Shown one piece after another: positions 26,172-38,700 of a DNA stretch of 64,000 bases. Position numbers and translations under genes: made by a program. The notes beneath the pieces were generated by a model. The model did not search any database. It was given only the letters and a program-made list of their open reading frames with translations, and was not told where the DNA came from. The stretch comes from Gracilinanus agilis (lineage: Eukaryota), in the NCBI RefSeq assembly GCF_016433145.1, contig NC_058131.1:665732987-665796986 (forward strand). The letters are read 5' to 3'. Each line of letters begins with the position of its first letter. The stretch's first letter is position 1.

Positions 26172-27652
26172 AATGGTCGATTGATTCTAAAGCTCATTCA
26201 CACTGGAGTGTAAATGACAGATAATAACCTAAAGCAGTATACTTCCCAAGGGAAACTGCATTTTAATATGGATCAAAGCCCTGAGCTAATGGAATGGAGC
26301 TGAATGTGGAATTTCTAGCTCCAGGAAACAGTTATGGTGATATTCTTGGAGAGATTTTGAGGGAAAAGTCTGAAAACATTCCTTTCAGTGATTTCCTTCT
26401 GAACTGACCATAAGGTCAAACCTCTGACTTATTTTAGGCTAAATAGGATATAGTTATAAATCAAAGGACATGCATGGTAGCATACAGTGAAATGATTAAA
26501 GGACAAGAAAAAGACAGTGATGAAGTCTCCTTAGACTGGGCCCCTTTCTCCCAGATGGAGGAGGGGGATACAAAGGTAGAACCTTTTGAATGACTGATTA
26601 GTCCATTAAGGGCTCTCCCTAACATCATTGGAATTCTACCAGCTCTCTATTTATTTATCCTTATCTGGTCTACTCTTGATTAGTGCACTCTAAGCTGGCT
26701 GGGATCTGTTTGCCCTGACTAATGCCATTGTAACAGGTTCCAGCTCCTTTTGTCTCCCTCAGTATAAACCCAGCCTCCAGCCAGTCCCCTTGGAATCAGT
26801 CTGCAGTATTCTGGGAAGGGCTAGTAGGCTAGGAGTACCCTGTGACTCCTTTGGACCACCAACCCAAGGTGACAGAGAAATAGCAAGACAGTCAAGTGTA
26901 CCTACCCATGTTTTGTTGTCTTTGACCACTGGACTAATTTGTGAAATGACTGAGGAAGCAATTAACCACTTGCTGTTCTGATCCCTTCAATTCCCTCTCT
27001 GTCGATAAAGGCTGGAATTAAATCAACAATTCTGGTGGAAAGTTCTATCACTCTGTGCCTTAAAAATCCCAAACAGTCCCAGTGGAGATAGTTAATCACT
27101 GAACCGTGAGGCATAGATGTGATGGAGGAGGAAGACTTACCAGACTGGGAGGCAGGTGACCTGGGTTCTTGTCCTGGCTCTGCCTGTATCTTTGTGACTT
27201 TGGGCAAGTCCATTATGTTACCTGTGGAGCCTCCCTCCTAGATGGTGATTCATCTATGCCTACCTGCCATGTGAGACTCTTATTCAAGTCTTCCTATTAA
27301 CCCTTCACCTCTATCTGTATATCATGCTTTCGATTATATTACTAATAAAGCATGAATCCGTTATCCATTATTTTCACCTTGTAACCAAATCAACAAACAT
27401 TCATTCAGTGCCTACTATGTACTGGACACTGTACTGAGGTCTGGGGATACAAAGAAAGGGGAAAAACTGGCCTGGCCCCAAGAAGCTCACAGTCTAATCA
27501 GGCCATCTATTTTTTTCCAATCATACAATTCTCTGATAATATTTTTAGATCATTTTTCCAATGTGATACATTGTGGATAATGTGTTGCAGGCTGCTCACA
27601 CCCATTGTATACCTCTTCATTGTCTTTTCAGTGACCCTCAACTTTAATTCTT

Positions 27653-27653
<1 letters not shown>

Positions 27654-27728
<75 letters not shown>
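27654..27728. repeat. (GACA)n(GATA)n compound tetranucleotide repeat
   Basis: Direct reading. Confidence 0.97.
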
Positions 27729-28611
27729 AGGATAGATGATGGATTCATGGATGGATGGCTAAAGAGACAGACAGATGTATATACACATTTTAGATGTTTA
27801 TATAGCTTAAGAATTAAAGAATAAGACTATATTAAGAATATATAATATATAAGAATATATCTTAAGATATATGTGAAGAATTAAAATTGAGTCACCTATA
27901 TATGTGTATGTATATAGATGCATACATACACATTTTATATGTATATGTAGCCTAAGAATTAAAGAAGAATGTATATTATATATAAGGATATATCTTAAGA
28001 TATATAAATATATGAAGAATTAAAATTGAGTCACCTATATATGTAAAAGTCACATATATTTACATATATACATACATATATATACATAGATATACATTCC
28101 TTAAGATAGCTTTAGGTGGAGATGTATTCCATGATTCATAACAATGCAGCTTTGCTAGAATAATATGTGCTAAAAATGTAGGTCTTTGATGAAGATGAAG
28201 CACAGGGTCATTAAAGTTGTTCTTTGTTGTTGTTATGGCAAATAAATGGAAACAAAGTAGAGGCTCATTGATTAAAGAATAACCAAACAAGTTGTTGTTC
28301 ATGATCAGAACAGAATATTACTATACTATAAGAAATGATGAAAATGAAAAATTCAGAGAAGCATGGGAAGATTTATATGAATGGATACAAAGTAAGGAAA
28401 GCAGAACCATGAAAATGAACTCCATTATGATACAATACTATAAATAGAAAGAACAACAATCAAAAAACGAAGAAACTGAGTAATTGGGTAACCTGTGAAA
28501 ATGAGTAATCAATCATAATGATAACAGTTGGCCAGGAGAAAAGATGAGAAAATGCATTTATAAAGATTGGATTGAAGGGATGAATATGGGTATAAAAGGA
28601 AGGAAACAAGC

Positions 28612-28784
28612 ATTTTTTTAACTCCCACCTTCTATTTTAGAATTAAATCTAAATAATGGTCCTAAGGCAGATGAGAGGTAAGGGCTGGGCAATTGGAGCT
28701 ATGTGAAGTATTTGAATCCACATTTGAACCCAGAACATCCAGTTTGTAGGTCTGGCACTCTATCCACTGAGCCACTTATCTGCC
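28612..28784 (-). mobile_element. SINE1_Mdo-type SINE with TSD ggaaacaag(c/t)a
   Basis: RC SINE flanked by ggaaacaagca and ggaaacaagta. Confidence 0.85.
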
Positions 28785-28799
28785 CTTGGAAACAAGTAT

Positions 28800-29040
28800 A
28801 TATTAACCCCTACTATATTCCAAATATTATGCTAAGCTCTTTACAAAAATCATCTCATTTGATCTTTGCAACAATGTTGTGAAGTAGGTGTGATTATTAT
28901 CCTATTTTATAACTGAGGAGACTGAAACAAACATAGGTTAAGTGACTTGCCCAGGGTCACACAGCTAGTATCTGAGGTCAGATTTGAATTCAGATTTTCT
29001 GATTTGAGGGCCAACACTAGCCACTGCACTGTTTGCCTAC
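28800..29040 (-). mobile_element. MIR-type SINE
   Basis: ctcatttgatc...actgaggagactgaaac...gtgacttgcccagggtcacacagctagta. Confidence 0.85.
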
Positions 29041-31099
29041 CTCATGTGTCATCTTTATGGATGTTGCATATATAACCAAAAACAGTTGACATGTTTTACT
29101 AACTTGCTTTTTCTATTCTTTCTTTTTCCATTTTTTTATAATGCAGAATGGCTCATTACAAAAGAGGAAGAATACATTCAGAAACGAAGGTAAAAAAAGT
29201 TCAGAAGAATGATGATAAAACTCATGATTCACTTCTTGACAGAAAGGTAACACACTTAGAGTGTAGAAAGAGACATATATTTTCAGGCATAGCTAATATG
29301 AGAATGTGTTTTGCTAGACTATGTAGATATGTGTATTAAGGTTCAAAGTTGGCCTGAGTCACTTATTAGTTGTGTGAACCTGGGCACGCCACTTAACCTT
29401 ATTTGTCTTTAAAAAAGGGGGGGATACGGTTCTTTTAAATTGTTTAATGGAAGGGGCTTTGGAGGAAAAAAATTTAAGTGAAAATAAATTAAATCAATTT
29501 AAAATAAAATATATGAACAAAAATTAAATAGCAGGAGAGACGCAATTTCTCGAAGCTAATTTGGCTCACTCCCTCAGCTTACAAATTGGGAAAATAAGGT
29601 CCAGAGCTTCTCCAGGCATCACAGACTATGAGCCATAACACAAAATATCATAAACTAAGTCATAATGGGATATAGAACTGGAATGAACCTTTGAGATCAT
29701 TTAATTCAATTGATTTGTTTTACAGATAAGGAAACTGAGGCTCTAAAAGTGTAAGTGACTTGTCCAGAATCACAGGAGCATTGACAAAACCAAAACTGAA
29801 GCCCAAATCCTCCAATTCCATCTCTATGAATCTTTCCATTCCTCCTGCTTCCCACTACTTCTAACAACTCCTATAAGGTCAGGACTTCCTTCTTGTTCTA
29901 AGAATTATTTTTTTAAAAATTATTAGAATTGGCACAAAAATAATCTCTGCTGCAAGATCAACCATTTTGGTATAAGAAATACTGTGATGTCTTTCACTTT
30001 AAGGCTAGGCAAGAAGGGAAGAGATTTCTCCATTCAAAAGGGACATTTCAATGTAGTCTCCAACAGCTTGCTGGTGGTGGGAAAGGCTGCCTTTCTCAAA
30101 CCCCAACTATTGCAACGACCATATCTTATATTTTGTGTATAAAATGAAAAGAAGTAGAAAATGCCAACTGGCATAACAGGCTTCTATTTGTTTATATAAA
30201 ATCCACACAGATGCCTCATGTGTCCATGAGAGTACAGATGGGAATCCCTCCCAGTTTCTTCATCTGAGGAAATGCAGGACTCAGGGATTGGTGGGGTAGC
30301 ATCTAGCATAAAGGAGAGGAATCCAGGCATCGTAGACCATCATGGAACTGAAAGGGTGATTAAAGATCAATCTTGGCGAGCCCTCGTGTCACAAGCAAGA
30401 AAACTGATACCCACAGAGCTGAGCCCAAACTCACATCTCTAACTGAGCTGGAACTCAAACCCAGGGCTTCTCACCAGGACCTTTCAACTCTCAGGCAACA
30501 AAATTATAACTAGGATTTTCTGTCTCTACTTTTTTCCAGCCTCTGACCTGAAGTGAGTCGTGGTGGGAAGTGAGGATGAAGGCAGAGAGTGGAAAATAAG
30601 CCATAGAAGAGAGACCTGAGATCCTAAAAGCTAGGAGCCACATTGTAAAGTGTCCACACTGAGCATTTACTACATGTCAAACGCTGTGCTAAGAGACTGG
30701 GACAGTAAGAAAGACAAAAACATTGTCTCTTCCCTCTAGGACCAAGAAGTACAGAAATGATGGTTGTCAAAGTGAGGATACACACCCTCTTGGGGAAGAC
30801 GTACATACCTCCTCCTCCAGATATTGACACCCTGAGGACGAAATTCAGTTTGCTTTATGCTATTTCCATTTCTTTCCTGAATCTTCTCTTTTTTGGTCTT
30901 GTGCCAGATTAAAGCCAAATCCTGTTACTTATCAAATGGGGTGCAGGGTAGGGGAGAAATAGTCATCAAAATGTAAATATTTTGTGTCTAATAGACTTGG
31001 CTCTAATTATCCTTGATGACTCACAGTTTGTCATTATTCTGGTACAATACATCCAGAAATTCTAAAATACAAAATTAAAGGGGGGGAGGGGAATGGTGC

Positions 31100-31460
31100 A
31101 GTGTCATTAATAGAAGCAAAACACTTCAAGACAAGAATTCCATTTACTGGGAGAGTTCGCAAGCACATTTTTTTGTTGATGAATATTTATCAAAACGGGT
31201 AAAGCTGGACCCAGTAACGACTGCAAAATATTTTAATGATATCCTCTCATTAATTTACTTTTAATGAATGACTTGGTAAAGCTGAACAATTTGTATGTAA
31301 TGATTTCATTAATGGCTTCAGCACATGCGACCATTTTTCACACATTTGAATGTCACTTGAATAAAGCAATACCTTAAATTATACAGTATAATAAAGTATG
31401 TTTGTTGAAACATGACAAGCTTCTGCTTGTTTATTTGCAGCGAGGAGAATTAGTTCCATT
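31100..31460. promoter_or_regulatory. Candidate conserved non-coding element
   Basis: No recognisable repeat; five CpGs; dense TAAT/ATTA and TGTTT motifs. Confidence 0.35.
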
Positions 31461-32564
31461 CTAAATTTCAATAGTTTAATTGAACCCAACTGGGGGGTTC
31501 CTTCTTCCACAAATGCTGCTGCTTTTCTAAGCCAACATTTGGGCTTAAATTTGAATCCCAGAAGACTAGAATATCAGATCCAGAAGGGATCTCAGAGATC
31601 CATTAAGTCCAGTCCTCTTACTTTACAGATGAGGAAACTAAGAGCCAGAGAGAAGTGACTGGCCCGAATAACACAAAGAAGAAATGGCTTGATGGAAGGA
31701 CGTAGAAGGGAGGAAAGATAGAGGAAGTTCAAACATGAGGCCACGGTGGGGGAAGTCAATGATAACATAGGATAAGGCTAGCCCTGGCTCTCTCCCCAGA
31801 TCCATTCTGTCAAGTAACCAGGAAAGTAATGAAACAGAAAAAGAAGGTGTCATTCATTACCTTTTTTTACATTCTTTTGGAAGAGGCAACACAGTTAGAT
31901 ACTGTGAATCACTGTGTCATAAAAGTTGAATAAACTGAGTTAAGCAGATTCATAATCTCATACTTCCCCTAAAGAAATTAACCAAGTTAAACAGATTCTA
32001 GAGGTAAACTAAGTCAAGTTACAGATTAAACTACATCTAGAGAGTTCACAAATAGGCTGATTGAGAGATAAGGAATGTGCATTTTGCAGAGGAGTCAGAG
32101 ACAGTTAAGATTCTTCCTCTGGATTCTTATCTAAGGAATGTTTGAGGTCTTAAGTAAATTTTCACATCCCATGGGACAGGTTTCAGCCAGTTCAATAACC
32201 TCATAACTAGGAGAAACAGCCCTGACCTCTAGAATAATAAAAATTAATGAAAGGAAATTAAGAATCAAAAATTGCCATGACAACTGAATGGTGAGAGAGA
32301 GGTTAACACAGAGGTATGGCTAGAATTTCTGCCATTATGGAATATGGGTAGGAAGCCTATGAGGAGGTAAAGGTGGTCTTCTAGTTCCTGAAAGCAAAAG
32401 AGAGAGGAAATCCAACATTTTCTAAGGCCTTCTCTAGAACTTAACATCATGAGCAAGAGTGTCCTCCTAATGGTTGTATCAGGTGGTGAAACATGAGGTG
32501 CAGAGGACCATGTCTGTAAGTCAGAAGAGCAACAAGGAGAAGAAGGAGAGAGAAGGTTTGGGGA

Positions 32565-32740
32565 GATTCAGACAAACAGAAAGAGAGAGGGTGAGGAGAG
32601 GGGGAGAGAGAGGGAGGGAGGGAGAGAGGAAAAGAGGGGAAAGGGAGAGAGAGATGCTGGAAGAGAAGAAAGAAAGGAAGGAAGGAAGGAAGGAAGGAAG
32701 GAAGGAAGGAAGGAAGGAAGGAAGGAAGGAAGGAAGGGAG
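32565..32740. repeat. GA-rich low complexity plus (GGAA)n
   Basis: Direct reading; explains ORF 32474-32779. Confidence 0.95.
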
Positions 32741-33959
32741 ACAAAAATTGGAAGCAGGCAGAACAGATTGCTATACTAGAAGAGAAGAGGGTGGAGTGAA
32801 AGAGTGGGGAATCAGGAAAGGCTTCTTGGAAGAGCTAGTATGGTACAATCAAAAGACTTTTGGATTTGGAGTCATAGGATACGGGTTCAAATTCTGACCC
32901 AGCTATTTACTACCTGTGTAGTATAATGGCCCTCACATACTACCTGTGTAGTATAATGGGCCTCACAATTGCTTCATCTCTCAAATGAAGGGGTTGGTCT
33001 CTGTGACTTCCATAGTCCTTTCCAGCCCTAGATCTACGAGTCTACAAACCATGATGCATTTAAGTTGGACCCTGAATTGCAGGTAAGCTTGGCAACTAGG
33101 CAAGATAGGTATTCCAGGCAGAGCTAAATCTTCCTAACAGGGAACCTGGTCCCACCAGGGAGAGAGTGAGACACTTTTCCTTAATTCAAAACAAAGAGCA
33201 CCAAGCATTCATATCCTTTTAGCTCTAATCAAAGCCTCTGTGAGTCCTGACTACAGTTCTGAGGGAGAAAAAAAAAAGGTGAACCTGGTCTGGAAGAGTT
33301 GGGGGAGTGGGGGGAGCAGTTCCTCCACTCTGGGGCATCATCTATTGTGTTCCACAGGCTGAGTGGGAGATGCCCCCTTCCTTAGTCCCAGGAGAGATAG
33401 CTTGGTGTTTAATTGCCTAACCACAGTCTAATTACTCAGCCATTAAGATCAAAAAGGGATAGGAAAGGTTGTGATACCTGAGTTTCTATTGCAGCTCTAA
33501 TCTCTACAGATTCTTCCTCCCCACCTCCTAGGAAAAGATTTATGGAAAGATTAAGGAGGGTTTTTTTTCCAATAGCTATTAATATTCATGGCAGTCTTCA
33601 CCGCCATCTGCTTTTAACGATTTTGTTTGCAAAGACCTGAGATTAAAATATGGCCTGCTATTGCTCTGGAACGTCTGAACCAGAGCTGAGTAAAACAAAG
33701 GGACTTTTCAGACATGGTGAGGAGCCGCCTGTCATTCTCTCTGCGGCAGGAGAGACTAATGACTTGTGGGACAGAGGAGGCAGGGAAACCAGGGCCATTT
33801 GGAGTTCTTCCCTTCCTTGGTGGAGACAGGAAACTGGCCCAGATATTGGATCCTGAAGTTGGTAGGCCACTCAGACTATTAAAAGGCTAATTGGGGAAAA
33901 TAGAAGTCATGGGCCTTCTTGGGAGCCTTAATAGCCAAACTCCAGTAAGGAGAGGTGAA

Positions 33960-34250
33960 ATGAGTTCAAACTACAACATGAATGAGCTTGGTTAGACATA
34001 AGGAAGGACTTCCTGATTGGGAAGGTTCTGAGATGCTAGAATGAGTGACCACTATCCCTCCCTACTCCCCAGGAGAAAGGTTGTGGGAACTTCTTGACTA
34101 GAGAGATCACATCAAGTTTGTCTACAATTGGCTAAGGTCAGGCTCTGCCAGTCCAGAGAGGGATGGGAGGAACGGGAACAAGGAGGAGAGGGACATGAGC
34201 CCTCAATCTAAAGGTCACTCCAACCCTGTGGACATTCAATTTTAAGGTAC
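33960..34250 (+). mobile_element. L3/CR1 LINE 3' fragment
   Basis: ggttagacataaggaaggacttcctgatt...gatgctagaatgagtgacc...tcaatctaaaggtcactccaaccctgtg. Confidence 0.65.
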
Positions 34251-35879
34251 ATTTTTTCCATCAGTTTAACAATCTAAGTTTTTAAAAAATATAGAGATTC
34301 ATCTTTAGTAAAAGCCATTATGATGAACCAAGTACCATTTACTTGTATTTGCTTGACACAAAGGTTTGGGGAAGTGAAAGGTTGTGTGACCTTAAGTAAA
34401 TCCCCTCTGAACCTCAGTTTACCCTTTTCTAAAATGAGATGGTTTGACTATATTATTTCAGAAGGCATCCCTGAAGAATGACCCTTTTAACAACTGCTGG
34501 AGCAAGCTTATTTATTCTGTCTCTCTCCAAGTGAACTCACAACTAAGTGTTCCCAGTTCCTCCAATGACTTCCCCCCAACAGAGTCATAACTAAGGTAGG
34601 GCAATGAGGGTTTTGCCTTAGGGTGCTGATATAAAGGTGGGGAGTGAGTATATTTCCTCCCTGAAGCAATCCAGAGACTGAATTTCTTCAGGGAGGAAAT
34701 ATACTTCTCCACTGACCTTCATGGCCTGCTCCATCACCTGGCCCTGCCTCAGGGTACCATTGCTATGACAACAATCTCTTGAAGTCAATAGTCAATTACA
34801 CACACACACAATCCTTATGATTGTGAGGACTGTCTAATTTGTGTCTTTGTATTTCCTAGTAGTCCAAGGTTTAACACAAAGTAGGAGCTTACCTACTTAT
34901 TGATTAATAAATTGATTGATTGATTGATTGATTGATTGACTAGGACCATGGCCCCATCTCTCAGCAAGTCTACCCTTCCAATTACACTATTTTCTACAGG
35001 ACTCTCCCACTCCTTTCCATACTCACAGTGTCCAACTGTTTTTGCCCTAGGTAAAAGTATTATAGCTCTGCCTCCCAGATCCTATCCTCAAAAGTCCTCT
35101 TTACTTTCTGAGTACCTTTCAAGTGGTTGTAACATTCCTGATAATTACCAATATTCAAATATGCCCCCAGGCTCAAGGTCTTGTCCTGGATCCCACTGGT
35201 CTACAGCTTATATTCAACAATAACATGCCAAAACTAATTATTATCCTATGTAATAATACTCTATTTTATAATAATTTGCATTTTGCAAAACTCTATATAT
35301 GTTAGCTAATTTGATCCTCACTTCCATCCTATATAAATGGTACTCTTATTATCCCCATTTTATAGATGGACAAATTGAGGCTAAGAAATTGAGTGACTTG
35401 TTTAGGGTCACATAGATAAGCATCTGAGGCAGGAGTTGAACTCAAGTCCAAGCCCTCTATCTATACACCCCAGCTGCCCACATGATAGAGTAGAGAGATG
35501 CAATATGATAGAAAGACCTTTATCTTATACACGGGATAACTGGGTTCCCATCTGAGTTCTGACCCTTCCTAGATCTTTGGCTAAGAGCAAGCCATTTTCC
35601 CTTTGGGAGTTTCAGTGTACTCATCTATACTCAAGGCAGTTGTGAGAAAAGCACTTTGTAATCCTTAAAAGTTACACTAGAATGTCCTCCCCCCAGGATA
35701 CAAAAAGAACATAGAATATGAAATATAAAATTTATAAAATATAAAATAATATAGAATGTTTAATCATGCATGTTGAAATTTCATGTAAGTTTGCTTCCTT
35801 TTTCCATCACCAACTAATCCCTTATTTTTTATATTGTTTATATTTTTATATTGTTTAATCATTTTTCATATCCAATTCA

Positions 35880-36101
35880 TTGTGATCTCTTTTGAGGCCT
35901 TCTTGTCAAAGATTCTAGAATGGTTTGTCATTTCCTTCTCCAGCTCATTTTACAGATGAAACTGAGGCAAACAGGGTTAAGTGACTTATCAAGGATTACA
36001 TAACTAGGAAGTGTCTGAAGCCATATTTTAACTCAGGAAGATGAGCTTCTTTACTCCAGGCCTGGCCCTGGCGCTCTATCCACTGTACCACTCAGATGCC
36101 C
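35880..36101 (-). mobile_element. MAR1-type SINE (RTE-derived tail)
   Basis: caaagattctagaatggtttgtcatttccttctccagctcattttacagatgaaactgaggc. Confidence 0.88.
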
Positions 36102-36439
36102 ACTAATCCCTTAAACTTTTATTATTTTTTTCTACTTGATATTGTTCTTTTTTTTAATCTTCAGATCAACATTGAGCTTTGATGTATTTGTAGGGGAAGA
36201 ATGAAGCCTCTTTGCTTTCCCATGGCTGTATAGAAGCAGGCTCTCAGTGCCCCAGGAATGCCAAAGGAAATGGGTATGAGTCACAGGATAAAAGTCATGA
36301 AGAAAGCAGAGTACAATGGAAAGAGGGCAGCCTCGCAGGCTCTAGAGTCAAAAGACCCAAGTTCAAGTCCCACCTCGATGCTTGCTTCCTGAGTGACTTG
36401 GAGTACTACACACACATGCACATACACACATCTATACAT

Positions 36440-36800
36440 ACATATGTTTGAGTTTCAGTGACACTAACCTCCTTGCTGTTCCTCACACAAAACCTGCTTA
36501 TCTCTCAGCTCTGTACATTTTTACTGGCTGTACCCCATGCCTAAAACACTCTTCAACTCTGACTCCTGAATTCCCTCAAGTCTTAAGTCCCATCTTTTAC
36601 AAAAAGACCTTCTCAGACCTCCTTAATCTTAGTACCACCCCTTTGAAATGATCATCAATTTAATCTCCATATTCTCTTTGTACCTAACCGTTTAAATTAT
36701 TTTCTCCCCCATTAGACTGGGAACAGAGAATGTTTCTGCACTGTCTTTGTATCCTCCTTGCCTTGCACATAGTAGGTGCTTAAAAAATGCTTATGGACTG
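36440..36800 (+). mobile_element. L2 LINE 3' fragment
   Basis: ctccttgctgttcctcacac...cccattagactgg...gcacatagtaggtgcttaa. Confidence 0.75.
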
Positions 36801-37172
36801 AATGACCTAACCCAATAAATAGGCAAAGATGATTTAAAAAAGGGGGGGAATAGCCAAAATTGGAAGAGTTATACAAAGACAGCATACCATTGACTATGAA
36901 TTAGCACAACCATTTTGAAAAGCAATTCAAACTCTTCAGATAAAATGGCTAACATATCTATACTCTTTGGCACAGAGATTCCACTGCTAAGCATAAATTC
37001 CAAGGAGGTCATTGATAAAAAAAAAGCCTAGTGGATAATAAAAATAGTATTGACATGTAATCTGGAAAATTTTTAAATTAAAAAAGGAAGCATAAATACA
37101 ACTAAATATTTATAAAATGATTTTTTGTAGTAGCAAAGAATCAGCTACAAAGTAAATGCTCATCCTTTAGGG

Positions 37173-37365
37173 CAGTGATTCCCAAAGTGGGCACTACTGC
37201 CCCCTGATGGGTGCTGCAGCAATCCAGGATGGGTGGTGATGGCCACACTTTTTTTGCATTACATTCTATTCTGAGTTCAATAAATAGTTTCATAATTTCC
37301 AGGGGGCACTAAATAATATTTTTCTGGAAAGGGAGCGGTAGGCCAAAAAAGTTTGGGAACCACTG
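37173..37365 (-). mobile_element. hAT-Charlie MITE (OposCharlie-like), copy 1
   Basis: TIRs cagtgattcccaaa / tttgggaaccactg; imperfect 8-bp TSD ctttaggg / ccttaagg with central TA; strand is given relative to copy 2. Confidence 0.9.
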
Positions 37366-37474
37366 CCTTAAGGAAAGGCTAAACAAATTGTGGGACATTA
37401 ATGAAATAAAATACTGCTCTGCTCTGAGAAATAACAAATATGATGAATACAGAGAAGCAAGGAAAGGTTTACAT

Positions 37475-37663
37475 CAGTGGTTCCCAAACTTTTTTGGTCT
37501 ACCACCCCCTTTCCAGAAAAAACATTACTTAGCCCCCTGGAAATTAATTTTTTAATTTTAATAGCAATTAATAGGAAAGATAAATGTACCTGTGGCCATC
37601 ACCGCTCTCTGGATCGCTGCAGCACCCACCAGGGGGCAGTAGCACCCACTTTGAGAATCACTG
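37475..37663 (+). mobile_element. hAT-Charlie MITE (OposCharlie-like), copy 2
   Basis: TIRs cagtggttcccaaa / tttgagaatcactg; perfect 8-bp TSD gtttacat (37467-37474 and 37664-37671). Confidence 0.92.
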
Positions 37664-38063
37664 GTTTACATGATCTGATGCAGAGCCAAGAAAGCAATAG
37701 ATGCAGTGGTTACATAAATGGAAATGGAATGAATAACCCCAGAATAAAAAAATGGATCTTGCAAAATTTCAAAAAACAAACTTTTTCCTAAAGGAGAGAA
37801 ATTAGTAGTTTCACCAGTCCATTTATTTGCCGATATAAGGAGGTGGGGCAGGGACCATCATGCACATTTTCACATTTTTTGATATTTGATTGATTTTGCT
37901 GCTTTTTTTCCCTCTTTTTTCTTTTTCCTGATTAAAAATATTCTTCATTATCTGGCATAACTCTCTGGGACGATGAAGAAGGTAAGAAGGAGGAATACGG
38001 GGGGAAATGTAAGTTATGCACAAACAAAAGTTATCAATGAGCATTTATTTTAAAAATGAAAGA

Positions 38064-38250
38064 TGGGGACAGTGAAGTGGCTCAGTAAATTGAAAGCCAG
38101 GCCTAAAAACAGGAGGTTCTAGGTTCAAATCTGTCCTCAGACACATCCTAGCTGTATGACCTCGGCAAGTCAATTAGACCCCATTGGCTAGCTCTCACCA
38201 TTCTTTTGCCTCAATACACATTATTGATTCTAAGATGGAAGGTAGGGGTT
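38064..38250 (+). mobile_element. SINE1_Mdo-type SINE
   Basis: Full head-to-tail match; flanked by aatgaaaga on both sides. Confidence 0.88.
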
Positions 38251-38389
38251 AATTTTTTAATGAAAGACAAAGCACCTCTGAAATCATAGGGGAGTGATAT
38301 AAAGTAAGGTTTTTAAAAAACAGCTTATGTGCAACTTTTCAGGAATATGACTAGGTACAAAGGATGGGATGTGTGTAGGTATTGGTGTG

Positions 38390-38700
38390 GGTGAGAGACA
38401 GACAGAGAGGAGAGAGACAGAGACAGGGACAGAGACAGACAGAGAAACAGAGAAAAACAGAGAGACAGACAGAGAGAGTATTTGCTTGTATAAGACAGAC
38501 ACAGGCAGACAGAAAGATAGAGACAGATAGAGAAAGGAGAGAGGACATACACAGAGATGGAGAAAGAGAAAGGAGACACACAGAGACAAAGGAGAAAGAA
38601 AGAAAAAGAGAGAAGGGGAGAGACAGAGAAAAGGAGATAGAGAAAAGGAGAAAGAACAAGAAGGAGAGAAATGAAGAAAGAGGAGAAAGAGAGAGACTTT
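38390..38700. repeat. Degenerate (GAGACA)/(GA)-rich low-complexity tract
   Basis: Direct reading; explains four overlapping ORFs in the track. Confidence 0.93.

Larger units (their letters stand above)
28190..29335 (+). mobile_element. Old marsupial L1 3' end, split by SINE and MIR insertions
   Basis: tttgttgttatggcaaataaatggaaacaaagtagagg...gaatattactatactataagaaatgatgaa; 3' UTR resumes at ~29045. Confidence 0.75.
36850..38050 (+). mobile_element. Old L1 ORF2 3' end and 3' UTR hosting two MITEs
   Basis: ccattttgaaaagcaatt..., gagattccactgctaagcata, tttgtagtagcaaagaa, aaacaaattgtggg...gaaataaaatactgctctgct. Confidence 0.8.

Noticed and set aside
29146-29188. Pseudo-exon (long T tract, ag...gt) and ORF 29148-29339
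   Set aside because: It lies within an L1 3' UTR, where such T tracts are intrinsic.
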